From positions 23,976 to 87,975 of the forward strand of contig MHKF01000012.1 in assembly GCA_001818315.1 (NCBI GenBank): a stretch of 64,000 nucleotides of DNA, written 5' to 3'. The notes beneath the pieces were generated by a model, which did not search any database, was not told the origin of the DNA, and saw only the letters and a program-made list of their open reading frames with translations. Positions 52,701-61,923 of the stretch are shown piece by piece. The DNA comes from Candidatus Kerfeldbacteria bacterium RIFCSPLOWO2_02_FULL_42_19 (GTDB lineage Bacteria > Patescibacteriota > Patescibacteriia > HO2-48-17). The position numbers and the translations under genes are program-made. Each line of letters opens with the position of its first letter. Position 1 is the stretch's first letter.

Positions 52701-54305
52701 ACGAAGGGTGACACTATCACGCAAGATTTTCAACTCAGTAAGGCCTTATTCGAGATTCCTGATGGTGTATCGGAGACCTTTAGTTGTACAACTTTGAAAG
52801 AGATGCGACTTCCTGACGGCACAATTGTGAAGATTCCCGCGAATGCTTTGTGCACAGACGGTGATGTGACCGTGACCGCTGATCCGGCGACTGATGTATT
52901 TCGTACCAATGACGCAAAGCTTCTTATGTACGCATGGAATCTTGAAGCTTTACAGGACGGTCAACTTATCGAGAGCTTTAATTCCAATGTGACTATTATT
53001 ATTCCGTATAGCCAAGAAGTTGTTGATGAGGAAGGTATTGATGAATCGAATCTGCTGGCAAAATTCTTCGATGATTCTACGAGTACCTGGCAGACACCGG
53101 ACAACGTCACAGTGGATACTGAAGCTAACTTGGTCACCGCACAAGTAGATCACTTTACAGAGTTTGCAGTGACCAATAGCGGTGATACGAAGACAAGTAG
53201 TGAAGTGAAAGAAACAACACAAAAGAAACAACGTCATGATATTGTGATTACTCCGTGGTCCAAGGGTGGTCCGCAGGTTGCGGTGTGGAATAAAGATGGG
53301 AAACTGATTACGACGTGGTTTGCTTATGGACAGGATCTGCGCATGGGAATCACGACCTTTAGTGGCGATCTTGATGGCAATGGCGTACCAGAAGTGATTA
53401 CGATTCCTGGTGAAGGCTTTAGTTCGCAGGTTCGTGTTTTTGACGGCACAAATGGAAAAATTTTGAGTCAGTTCTTTGCCTATGATACCGCTTTCAAGAA
53501 AGGTATCAATCTTGCAGTGTATGATCTCGATGGCGATGGAGATCAAGAAATTATTACGGTTCCAGCCAAGGACGCGACTGCTGATGTAAAGATTTTCGAT
53601 CGCAATGGTACGCTTGTCATGCGGTTCAACGCGTATGGGTCGACCTTCACGAAGGGCGCTTTAGTAGCTGCGATGGATTTAGATGGAGATAAACTCGGTG
53701 AAGTTGTTACAGCGCCAGTTGATGGTTCAGGGCAGATTCGTATCTGGTCAGCCAGTAAGGATGATGGTCCTGTTGCTCAATTCGATGCGTACGGCGCTGG
53801 ATATAATAAAGGTATTGCGTCTCTCGTATTGAATGATCTCGATGGAGATGGAAAGGGTGAAATTATCACAACTCCACGGGAGGGTAGTTCACAAGTTCGC
53901 ATCTTTAATCGTTCTGGGAAAGTCATCACGCAGTTCAATGCCTATGGTGAGGGCTTTAAGGGTGGTTCACGTATTGCAGTTGGAGATACTGATGGCGATG
54001 GCAAGCAAGACCTTGTAGCTTTGCCGAATGCGAATGGTTCTGCGCAGGCTCGTATCTTTACAAAGGATGGAGCGGTGAAATCGCAGTTCTTCGCATACCC
54101 GTCGGAGACGACGCGTCCAGGAAGATTCTCAGCAATGCTTGCTGATTTGGATGCCAATGGCAAAGATGAAGTGATCTTCGGCACGGGTGTGGATTTGGGA
54201 CCAAACGTGCGCATTTTTGATCAGAACGGTAAGACCATTGCGCAATTTATGGCATTGCATCCTGGCTTCCGCGGCGGTATGAATGTGAATGCCGTAGCGA
54301 GATAG
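49770..54305 (+). CDS. giant (1511 aa) surface protein with N-terminal TM/signal, ~8 carboxypeptidase-regulatory-like beta-sandwich repeats and a C-terminal FG-GAP beta-propeller
   Basis: Repeats of the form GTVTDSNGTPLSGMNVNAW / GTLVDNNGKPADGHVELR. The C-terminal blades (GGPQVAVWN...DLDGNGVPEVITIPGEG..SQVRVFD) are the same module as ORF 1..840. Confidence 0.7.
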   Translation: MSMPFRASGNARGITLVPSLRATIAFLAATIVLFAMFIVLLFAFPVDAAGKNKPTQPIDVADNDSRIEDVTAVAADTTPSATTSYTVSIQLTESIQQGGELRVDFQLTAGCPPQADWATQCRFGFTDDATVSGLPAGAVSNIADVNADSSQFGIRAESGAIAAGTLALTVSGVKNPSAGGLARVMVDSVVPSDEPDCPSSDDNGDDDGEEDEHQESEVNKADDQEMCFPDMTASDPIYLGTMAVVGAVTYKGGDLDGQPVSYGWVNAGTKDFWTGSSTDRFGAYAIPLPLPQGKYQIRAEVPMGITGYIPAVKEIEYKGTTITQDLTLGIAVKTLSGTVKYADGNAVADASVWINSRTNFMGTGAEVNEKGEYSASLDCGDYDMNLGPKWDPETNQPSSVDWMYNQPPKQVSFACDGQQQTQTVDFTVQKSDSKVIGTLVDNNGKPADGHVELRTKEGSGNGSHTDQKGKFSIPITAGTYEMNVWTQQQDLYFTGQKVEVPTGKTVDVGTLQLSKRDAQITGTVTDSNGTPLSGMNVNAWMPGAQGWSNAQTDDKGQYTLYVFVGEWEVGIHSGEGEDSSDQNYIQPQNQRVKIEKSGQTVSDINFKLEAADATIAVQVVDQDNNTMSDLYGWAFCHLEGQFGPGNEFGASVQRGQASIPVRGGETYVCGMGFPPEMPFSLEEEQKVQINSGESKDVTMRLVENDAVIHVIVKDQDGKQLKNVEGFVFAFTPEGFSHFGEPLKPDGTAHLTVRGGKKYVVGYDFRENSGYLNSHPDFKPFEVPEDSTVTRVLTAYKADASISGTVTDPDGKPMFAWVGASNRASLEDKAQLDTGVEGAQVIDTGTQTGPDGKYKLLLVSGEFEVFAGGEFGGKKDLLPPQLSSVTVKTGDALTLDMQFRSADATVSGAVTYADSGKTVPIGFCWAWSDEQGFSGNMLSNGKYTIPLVEGTWFVGCDSFNPNKGEGEFYRAQEAIVTVTKGDTITQDFQLSKALFEIPDGVSETFSCTTLKEMRLPDGTIVKIPANALCTDGDVTVTADPATDVFRTNDAKLLMYAWNLEALQDGQLIESFNSNVTIIIPYSQEVVDEEGIDESNLLAKFFDDSTSTWQTPDNVTVDTEANLVTAQVDHFTEFAVTNSGDTKTSSEVKETTQKKQRHDIVITPWSKGGPQVAVWNKDGKLITTWFAYGQDLRMGITTFSGDLDGNGVPEVITIPGEGFSSQVRVFDGTNGKILSQFFAYDTAFKKGINLAVYDLDGDGDQEIITVPAKDATADVKIFDRNGTLVMRFNAYGSTFTKGALVAAMDLDGDKLGEVVTAPVDGSGQIRIWSASKDDGPVAQFDAYGAGYNKGIASLVLNDLDGDGKGEIITTPREGSSQVRIFNRSGKVITQFNAYGEGFKGGSRIAVGDTDGDGKQDLVALPNANGSAQARIFTKDGAVKSQFFAYPSETTRPGRFSAMLADLDANGKDEVIFGTGVDLGPNVRIFDQNGKTIAQFMALHPGFRGGMNVNAVAR

Positions 54306-54361
54306 ATGCGATAGCGAGGTTGCGAACATTGCGGAAGCTTTTTCGCAAAATCCAAAAGAAG

Positions 54362-54393
54362 GCCCCGGTTTTTTTCGGGGTCTTCTTGTATAC
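54362..54393 (+). terminator. putative rho-independent terminator of the giant gene
   Basis: GGCCCCGG-TTTTTTT-CGGGGTC hairpin followed by a T-rich tract. Confidence 0.4.
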
Positions 54394-54394
54394 T

Positions 54395-54616
54395 GGGACT
54401 GTCGCCGAATACGCTTTCTTCTGTGAAAAATATATTTTAACTTGATAATTCCGCGCTAGCTTACTGCGCGGAGGTTCATTATGGAAAAAGAGGATGCAGA
54501 CTCTCGCTTTCGAAGCACTAACACTGCACTGTGTGCTGAGAAAGGAGAGTCTGCATCCTCTTTTTCCATAATGAAAACTCATTTCGCACATCCGAAAGTG
54601 CATTCGGCGACAGTGC
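54395..54616. repeat. composite element: family-A left TIR (54395-54428), a spacer with the AACTTGATAATTCCGCGC motif, a nested family-B hairpin element (54477-54573), and an A-right-TIR-like CATTCGGCGACAGTG (54601-54615)
   Basis: GGGACTGTCGCCGAATACGCTTTCTTCTGTGAAA matches the first 34 bp of 20878..21041. The B element here has TIR CATTATGGAAAAAGAGG / CCTCTTTTTCCATAATG. Confidence 0.75.
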
Positions 54617-54618
54617 TA

Positions 54619-57570
54619 TTATTGAGGAACAAGTTGCACCTTATTTTCTTCGCGCCTTTGTAGTTGCTGAACGAGTTGTGTGATTTTTTCGAGCCAGTGA
54701 TTTCCAAGTTGGGATTGCTTCGTCCGCACATGAAAGTTTGTCACATATTCCCAGGGTTCTCTGTAAAGTCCTTTTGGTATTACTTCGCTTGTTTTGATGA
54801 TGATTTTAAAATCCTGGGGTTTCGTGTCAAGTATTGGAACGGAGTCAATCTCAGTCAGTATACTTTGTTCTGCGAGTATTTTTATTTTGATGAGTTGTAA
54901 TAGGTTGTGTAAGGTTGTTGGTAAAGGAACATGCGTTGAAAGTTTTTGCTTTAAGTCGTTGAATGCATCTACAGATTCGATTTTTGCAAGTTTTCGATAT
55001 AATTCCAAGCGTTTTTCTTCGTTGGGTTCGTATTCCAATGGGATGTATGCTTCGAGCGGCAAATCGATGTGTACATCTCTTTTTACAGCGACACTTTTTG
55101 AATGTTGTAATTCATCGACCGCAAATTTCATGAGTCGCAGATAAAGATGAAGTCCGATGCGTACGGCGTGTCCATGTTGTTCTTTTCCGAGAATATTACC
55201 GATCCCGCGAATTTCCATATCACGTTTGGCGATGTCCAGGCCAGCTCCGAGTTCGCTTGCTTCTTCGAGTGCTGTAAGTCGCTCGTGAGCTGTTTCACTC
55301 AATTTGTTTCGGTGCGTTAAAAAGTAGGCAAAGGCTTGACGATTGCCTCTGCCGATGCGTCCCCGTAGTTGATGGAGTTGGGCGAGTCCAAAGTTTTCTG
55401 CCTCGTCCACAATGAGCGTATTCACATTTGGAAGATCGATGCCATTTTCGATAATCGTGGAACAGAGCAGTATATCGATTGATCCTTGATCAAAAACATG
55501 CATGACGTTTGCAAGTGTCGTATCAGGTAATTGACCGTGCGCAATGCCGATGTGCGCTTTGGGGAGCAGCGTCTGGATTTCATATTTGCGTTTTTCGATG
55601 CTCGGAATATGGTTGTGAAGAAAATAAACTTGTCCTTTACGGTTGAGTTCGAAAGCGAGCGCTTTTTGGATCACTGCATCACTCGTATGAGCAACATGAG
55701 TTTGGATTGCTTTACGGTTTGACGGTGGAGTTTCGAGGTAACTTATCGATTTAATGCCGGAAAGGGCAAGATACAGGGTCCGCGGAATGGGTGTTGCAGA
55801 GAGTGTCAAAACGTGCACGCCGGTTTTGAATGCAATGAGTTTTTCTTTTTGTTTGACGCCAAAGCGTTGTTCTTCATCGATAATCACAAGTCCGAGTTTT
55901 GGAAACTGAATGTCTTTTCCAAGGAGCGTGTGCGTTGCGATGATCACGTCAATGAGCCCGTCTTTGAGCGCTCGTTGTGTTTGTTGTTTTTCTTTTGATT
56001 TTTTCCATCTCGTTAAAAGCGCTCCTCGTATTGGTAGACCCTTGGTTCGTTCTGTGAATGTGTCGAAGTGTTGTTGTGCTAAGATCGTTGTCGGAGCAAG
56101 TAATGCTACTTGATATCCGTTGAGTGCTGCGTGCACTGCTGCACGCAGAGCGATTTCTGTTTTTCCGAATCCAACATCGCCACACAGAAGGTGATCCATA
56201 GGAGTTTCTGTGGAAAGTTCCTGAACAATTTTTTTGAGCGCCGTTTTTTGATCTTGTGTCAGTTCATAGGCGAATGTTTCTTCGAGTATTGTTTCCTCTG
56301 ATTGTATTGTGAATGTGCTGGTTTTCGCGTTCGCACGTTTCGCATGCTGATCCAGGAGTTCTTTGGCAATGTGTTCTGTGCTTTTTTTTACAATATGCAG
56401 AGTTTCCTGCCAGGTATTTCCAGAGAGTGAATGGAGTTTAGGATGTTCTGTACCTACGTAGCGTTCGATGCGATCCAGTTGATCAACGGGTACGAAGAGT
56501 TTATCTTTTCCAGCGTACTGAATTGCAACGAAGTCTCGATTTTTTCCGTTGATGTACATACGTGTGAGACCGATGTATTTACCGATGCCGTGATAGATAT
56601 GCACAACAAAACACCCAAGCGTGAGTTGGTCGAGGGTAATTTTTGTTTTTGTTTTTCGGAGCGAAGTTTGTTTTTCTGTTTTTCCAAAAAGATGGAGATC
56701 GGTGAGGAAAAGTACCCTGTGTTTTGGATCAATGAAGCCTTTGTCTTGCGCAAGGTTGAAAGTGTTCTGTATATTTTCCGGAAGTATCGTGATTTTCGGG
56801 AATGTTTCTTTGGGGAAGAGGGTTTGTATTTTGTGGGGATGATCTGTAGTAATAAAAATTTGAAAGTCGCCGTATTTTCGCGCATCTTTTTGTATGCGGG
56901 TTACGTCGCTGTGATACCACTGCGGTATTTTGAATCTCACATTATTTAGATTTTCCAAAAGAGTGTGATGCGGAAAATAGTTTTGAATAGTCCACGGTGT
57001 TTGTTTTTCTGATATTAAGTTGATAGGTAATTTGAGTTTCGAAATTTTTTTGAGTACTGCTTTTGTATTGTGATGGATACGTGTGATCTGTTCTATATTA
57101 TTTTCTTCAAACTGTATGCGATAGAGATCAGTCTCATTCGGAAGCCAGACTTCTAGAATTTCGCCTTTGCCCGCGAAGGTAAGGGGGGTATTGCAAGTTT
57201 TTTCATGTGTGAATCCTTGGCGTATAAGAAAACTCGCAATGTGTCTGGGTTCGTATATGTTTTGTTTTATTAAGGTGAGTGATGATTCTTTGAGAGTTTG
57301 TGGATTTTTGAGCGTAAGCGTTTCGATGTCTTTTATAGCGATAATAATATTCGCTTCGTGAGGTAGAAATAGGAGTGTTTGTTGCGAATATTGTGGTACT
57401 GTTTTTGCAAGTGTTGCGACTGAAGCGTTTTTTGTAAAACGCATCACGAGTTCGGCAAGCGTTTTTTGCTCTTCCGTATTTTTTGAAAAATACAAAACAC
57501 CCTTGTGTGATGTAAGAGGGATGTGTGCAAGCGTGTATGCCTTTGCTGGAAGTCCGAGTATTGCTGGCAT
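54619..57570 (-). CDS. mfd: transcription-repair coupling factor Mfd
   Basis: RecG-like SF2 motor (GDVGFGKTE, DEEQRFGV) and a C-terminal TRCF domain. At 983 aa the N-terminal UvrB-homology module is shorter than in E. coli. Confidence 0.9.
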   Translation of the reverse strand: MPAILGLPAKAYTLAHIPLTSHKGVLYFSKNTEEQKTLAELVMRFTKNASVATLAKTVPQYSQQTLLFLPHEANIIIAIKDIETLTLKNPQTLKESSLTLIKQNIYEPRHIASFLIRQGFTHEKTCNTPLTFAGKGEILEVWLPNETDLYRIQFEENNIEQITRIHHNTKAVLKKISKLKLPINLISEKQTPWTIQNYFPHHTLLENLNNVRFKIPQWYHSDVTRIQKDARKYGDFQIFITTDHPHKIQTLFPKETFPKITILPENIQNTFNLAQDKGFIDPKHRVLFLTDLHLFGKTEKQTSLRKTKTKITLDQLTLGCFVVHIYHGIGKYIGLTRMYINGKNRDFVAIQYAGKDKLFVPVDQLDRIERYVGTEHPKLHSLSGNTWQETLHIVKKSTEHIAKELLDQHAKRANAKTSTFTIQSEETILEETFAYELTQDQKTALKKIVQELSTETPMDHLLCGDVGFGKTEIALRAAVHAALNGYQVALLAPTTILAQQHFDTFTERTKGLPIRGALLTRWKKSKEKQQTQRALKDGLIDVIIATHTLLGKDIQFPKLGLVIIDEEQRFGVKQKEKLIAFKTGVHVLTLSATPIPRTLYLALSGIKSISYLETPPSNRKAIQTHVAHTSDAVIQKALAFELNRKGQVYFLHNHIPSIEKRKYEIQTLLPKAHIGIAHGQLPDTTLANVMHVFDQGSIDILLCSTIIENGIDLPNVNTLIVDEAENFGLAQLHQLRGRIGRGNRQAFAYFLTHRNKLSETAHERLTALEEASELGAGLDIAKRDMEIRGIGNILGKEQHGHAVRIGLHLYLRLMKFAVDELQHSKSVAVKRDVHIDLPLEAYIPLEYEPNEEKRLELYRKLAKIESVDAFNDLKQKLSTHVPLPTTLHNLLQLIKIKILAEQSILTEIDSVPILDTKPQDFKIIIKTSEVIPKGLYREPWEYVTNFHVRTKQSQLGNHWLEKITQLVQQLQRREENKVQLVPQ

Positions 57571-57652
57571 GTTTTGAGTATACCATGAATCCTTATCAAA
57601 GAAATTTTTTTGCTTCTCAATATTTTCATCGCAGCAAGCAAGTTTATAGAAT

Positions 57653-57735
57653 GAAAAGAGGAGGAGACTCTATCTTTCGAAGCACTAACAATGCACAGTG
57701 TGCTGAGACAGTATAGAGTCTCACTCCTCTTTGTC
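57653..57735. repeat. family-B hairpin element, copy 4
   Basis: Core CTTTCGAAGCACTAACAATGCACAGTGTGCTGAGACAG flanked by complementary arms GAAAAGAGGAGGAGACTCTAT / ATAGAGTCTCACTCCTCTTTGTC. Confidence 0.75.
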
Positions 57736-57841
57736 TGTACAATCAAAACTCGCTTTTTAGAGGCGAAGCGTATGTGATGGAATTTAAAAAATGCAAAACC
57801 TTCCACAGAAAGTGTGGAAGGTACGGTGTGCGATGGAGAGA

Positions 57842-58792
57842 TTATTTGTTTGTTTTGAGGAGAGATGGAGATGGGTCGAAATCTGGCAGGAACGCTTCCG
57901 GATGGGGATGAAACACAATTTGTGCCCATGTGAAAAGACACGGGTGTTCGTTTGCTACTTCAACGAATCTAAACAACAGGGCTTGGTTGAGCGCGGGCGC
58001 TGAAGCAGCATGCCTACAAAATCCACTTTCGAAAAGGTCTGGCATACCCCATTGATGAGCATAGAAGCATTGTTGAAAGGATGTGTAATGTTGGATGTAC
58101 CAAATATATTCACAATCCTTTCTTGTGAGGGGATCAGCGAGTTCAATATCGGCGAAAATTTTTTTCTGATTTTCGGTTGCTGCGTGCCACTGAAAATACA
58201 TTTCAATCTCGCGACTGAACTTCAGTATCCCCCCTATTACTTCTCTATTGCTTTGTAACTTGGCGAGGAGAAACTCATTCAAGATCAAGGTTGGATACAG
58301 TGGATAGAGATGCCAATCTTGCGGCTTTTTTGTTGCCTGTACCGAAGGAAGTGGCCGCGTTGAGAATCGTACAAACTGACCTTCCGTGCGGAACTCAATC
58401 ATCATACTTTCGTTATGGATAAGTTTGATGATTTCGTTCGCCATATTTTTATCCGGATAGTGACTCGTCAAGAATACTATCCTATCTATCAAAGCCTTTG
58501 TATTCTCTGGATTCCGTTCACGCGCTTTTTCGACAGGCCAATCATAAGGTGGAATTGCGGGTAATTCAGGCATATCTCCAGTCTCGACAGGTGGAACTGT
58601 GCTTTCGATATGCCAGTCGTGTTGGAGTTCTTTGATCACAAGTTTTTTCTGGAGTGCGATTCGCTCCTGGACCCCCTCCTCATTTTCACAACTGCAGTCG
58701 CAATTGCTCGTCACGCTCATCATTCCTATGACGAGCATTACGATGATGACTGTGCGGAGTCGTACATTTTTCCAAAGAGCAGTCGTTGGCAT
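57842..58792 (-). CDS. hypothetical secreted or membrane-anchored protein
   Basis: 316 aa with N-terminal TM/signal and a Cys-rich SNCDCSC stretch. Confidence 0.4.
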   Translation of the reverse strand: MPTTALWKNVRLRTVIIVMLVIGMMSVTSNCDCSCENEEGVQERIALQKKLVIKELQHDWHIESTVPPVETGDMPELPAIPPYDWPVEKARERNPENTKALIDRIVFLTSHYPDKNMANEIIKLIHNESMMIEFRTEGQFVRFSTRPLPSVQATKKPQDWHLYPLYPTLILNEFLLAKLQSNREVIGGILKFSREIEMYFQWHAATENQKKIFADIELADPLTRKDCEYIWYIQHYTSFQQCFYAHQWGMPDLFESGFCRHAASAPALNQALLFRFVEVANEHPCLFTWAQIVFHPHPEAFLPDFDPSPSLLKTNK

Positions 58793-59124
58793 TTTTATCT
58801 CTCCTTTTGATGATTTTTTTTTTCTATTTTTTTGTCTACGTCTTTGGCTCGTTACTTTGTGGTGACGTAAACAGGAAGAGGATATACGAAAAATACAATT
58901 TTGTCAATCCTTAGCAGAATTTTTTATTTCGCTTCATTTTTTTGTATTGCTTATTCAAAATGTTGTTCATCATTCGAATACGAAGGGTCCGCTCACAATA
59001 ATTCTTTGTAAGCGGACTCTGGTAATGTCCTGTGTGCGTGTCTTCCGATCTCCGTGGTTGATAGACGCTTTGCGTCCTGTTTGATAGAATACAATTACAT
59101 TTTTATCTATGAGTTTTACATGAT

Positions 59125-60126
59125 ATGCGAGTTCCTCATTCGTCCAAACCGCGGGTTCTTAGTGGCATTCAACCTACAAACGTGCTGCATATTGGGAATT
59201 ATCTTGGTGCGATCAAGCAATGGGTTGATATGCAGAAAGAGTATGAATGTTTTTTTTGTATTGTCGACCTTCATGCGATTACTGTTCAACAAAAGTCCAA
59301 AAGCCTTCATGAAAATATCCGCAGACTCGCTGCGTTTTATATCGCGTGCGGAATTGATCCTGCGGTTTCCACTATTTTTGTTCAATCGCGAGTATCAGGA
59401 CACGCTGAACTCGCTTGGATATTAAATACGCTGGTGAAAGTTTCGGAGCTTGAGCGTATGACGCAATATAAAGATAAATCCAATCAACATCGGACGAATA
59501 TTAATGCCGGTCTTCTTGATTACCCGGTACTTATGGCGGCTGACATCCTGCTTTATGATACCGATGTCGTGCCGGTGGGGGAGGATCAATCACAACATGT
59601 TGAACTTACATGTACGTTAGCACGGCGATTGAATACCCAGTTTGGAAATGTTTTGAAAGTTCCAAAATTGAAGTTGTGTGTGGAAACAGCGCGTATTGCA
59701 GCACTGGATGATCCTTTGAAAAAGATGAGTAAGAGCGCATCGAGTGCTATGAATTATATTGCTCTTGACGATGCCTCCAAAACCATACAGCAAAAGTTTC
59801 AAAAAGCAGTGACAGACTCTGGTCGGACGATTGTTTTTGATCCGAAGCGACCCGGGCTATATAATCTTTTAACGATTTATAAAGCTTTTACCGATGAATC
59901 CGAACAGGCGATTGAAGAACACTTTCGTGGGAATGGGTATGCAGCACTTAAACAAGAAGTTGCTCGCGTCGTGATTCAGGCGCTTGAACCTATTCAAGAT
60001 CGCTATCATGCGTTACTTGATCGTCGATCTGAACTTGAACAGATACTTGACGCAGGAACGAAGCATGCTCATGCGATCGCGCGGGTTACGCTTGAAAGAG
60101 TTTTTCGTGCTCTTGGTCTTGGGTAA
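59125..60126 (+). CDS. trpS: tryptophan--tRNA ligase
   Basis: HIGH-type motif TNVLHIGNYLG and KMSKS motif KKMSKS; 333 aa. A possible extended -10 TGATAGAAT lies ~40 nt upstream. Confidence 0.95.
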   Translation: MRVPHSSKPRVLSGIQPTNVLHIGNYLGAIKQWVDMQKEYECFFCIVDLHAITVQQKSKSLHENIRRLAAFYIACGIDPAVSTIFVQSRVSGHAELAWILNTLVKVSELERMTQYKDKSNQHRTNINAGLLDYPVLMAADILLYDTDVVPVGEDQSQHVELTCTLARRLNTQFGNVLKVPKLKLCVETARIAALDDPLKKMSKSASSAMNYIALDDASKTIQQKFQKAVTDSGRTIVFDPKRPGLYNLLTIYKAFTDESEQAIEEHFRGNGYAALKQEVARVVIQALEPIQDRYHALLDRRSELEQILDAGTKHAHAIARVTLERVFRALGLG

Positions 60127-60486
60127 AAAAAAGAGCCTATACTTTTGCACTCTTATAGAAATGCGGAGGAGGGCACGATACCGCGAGACTGGTTGTGGCG
60201 AACCAGTTTCGTTAGCGTGCAGCTTGAAAGCTGAGCGCATACATTATAGGCTGTGTGTATTATAGTTGTTTGTAAATTCTCGTCAAGTTAGCCATACTTT
60301 GTTGACGATTTTTGTGTTTATTGGTAACTTTAAACTTGATAATTCCGTGCGCTCTCGGCGCAGGGAGACTGGATCCGCAGATTTGTAAAGATCACGGTAT
60401 GGTATATGCTGTAGTTCTGGGAATGTCGTTCCTGATTTTCCTTTGATTAACAAGAGTTTCAATCTTTCGTATTCCGGAAACGATTT

Positions 60487-61884
60487 GTGACATTACAAGA
60501 GCTTCGCATACAACATCCTTGTTTTCACTATCGGTCGTTCGCATATGCCCTGAAGGGCGAGATACTTCAGCTTGATTTTGTATTTGAACTTGAACCTGAT
60601 ATTATCTTTCAGCCACGGACTTTCATACATGGTCTTGATATCACGCGTTTTTCTACGCTTCGTCCGCAGCTATTGAATCATTTTATTTTTCATCTCGGTC
60701 TGCTTGAATTATTGAGTTATTGGAAGACAGCGTGTTCTCCTGTGATTGAGATCGCTTCCGGTGTTTTGGATGAAGCGCAGATTGCTTGGTGGCAGGATTT
60801 ATTTTTACAGGGTCTTGGTGAGTTTTTCTATGTCAATCAAATTGATTATACCGCTCCTGACTTTGTGCGTTTTAAGGTTCTGCCTCACACACGGGCGTAT
60901 ACCGAAAGTGATAGTACTCCACAATGTTTTCAAGGGAGTCTTGATGCCAAACGGATACTTGTGCCTGTTGGGGGAGGTCGTGACTCTATCGTTACATTAG
61001 AGTTTCTGAAAAAGACTCCGCATGAACTTTCTGCTTTTCTGATCAATCCAACACAAGCGCAACGTGATGTAGTGCAAATCAGTGAATTGACCCGTCAGAT
61101 TATTGTTGAGCGTAGATTAGATTCGAAACTTTTTGATTTGAACGCTGCTGGATACTTGAACGGTCATGTGCCCATTTCTGCGTATTATGCGTTCTATGCG
61201 TGTTTTGTCGCAGTTCTTTTAGGATACAAATTCGTCTCGATTTCGCAGGAACGTAGTTCGAACGAAGGAACAGTCGATTTTTATGGCTTGTCTGTGAATC
61301 ATCAATATTCGAAGACATTTGAATTTGAAGAGAAATTTCGTAAGTATTTCACCTCTGTGTTAGCTTCTGATTTGGAATATTTTAGTTTGTTACGCCCGTT
61401 GTATTCGGTGCAAATTTCCAAGATTTTTGCGAATACGCCAAAATACTTTCCTGTTTTCCGCAGTTGCAATCGCGGACAAAAGACGAATACATGGTGTGGG
61501 GTTTGTGCGAAATGCTTGTTTACATACGCATCGTTGTTTCCTTTTGTATCGGAATCAGTTTTGCAGAGTATTTTCGGGGCCGACATATTATCGAAGTCCG
61601 AGCTTCGTGAGACCGCATTAGAGCTCATCGGTAAGCGCCCAGCGAAACCCTTTGAATGCGTCGGTACGTTTGAGGAAAATAAAGTTGTTTTCTTTTTGTG
61701 TATGCAAAAATTTCAAAAGTCGTATGCAGATAAGCCGTTGCCATCGGTACTTGGCGTCGTTTCTGCGGCACTTGTGGAAGAAACCGATATGGCGCAGCGT
61801 GCGCAGGCGCTTCTGAGTTCCTGGAATACGCAACATCATGTGCCAGAGCAGTTTGCCGAGCTCCTCCATGCTTTTGTTGAATGA
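60487..61884 (+). CDS. PP-loop-like ATP pyrophosphatase-fold protein with a C-terminal Cys cluster, uncharacterised
   Basis: ILVPVGGGRDSIVTLEF resembles the SGGxDS PP-loop. The C-terminus carries CNRGQKTNTWCGVCAKC. Putative GTG start; the gene ends 40 nt upstream of murD. Confidence 0.5.
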   Translation: MTLQELRIQHPCFHYRSFAYALKGEILQLDFVFELEPDIIFQPRTFIHGLDITRFSTLRPQLLNHFIFHLGLLELLSYWKTACSPVIEIASGVLDEAQIAWWQDLFLQGLGEFFYVNQIDYTAPDFVRFKVLPHTRAYTESDSTPQCFQGSLDAKRILVPVGGGRDSIVTLEFLKKTPHELSAFLINPTQAQRDVVQISELTRQIIVERRLDSKLFDLNAAGYLNGHVPISAYYAFYACFVAVLLGYKFVSISQERSSNEGTVDFYGLSVNHQYSKTFEFEEKFRKYFTSVLASDLEYFSLLRPLYSVQISKIFANTPKYFPVFRSCNRGQKTNTWCGVCAKCLFTYASLFPFVSESVLQSIFGADILSKSELRETALELIGKRPAKPFECVGTFEENKVVFFLCMQKFQKSYADKPLPSVLGVVSAALVEETDMAQRAQALLSSWNTQHHVPEQFAELLHAFVE

Positions 61885-61923
61885 TTTGGAGTCATCAATC
61901 AGACATGTTAGAGTGCAAATATT

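Noticed and set aside
57651-57742. Treating B4 as nested in an A element like B1 and B3
   Set aside because: The flanks (…AGTTTATAGAATG / CTGTACAATCAAAACTCGC…) contain no GTCGCCGAATAC-like TIR. This copy appears to be a stand-alone B element.
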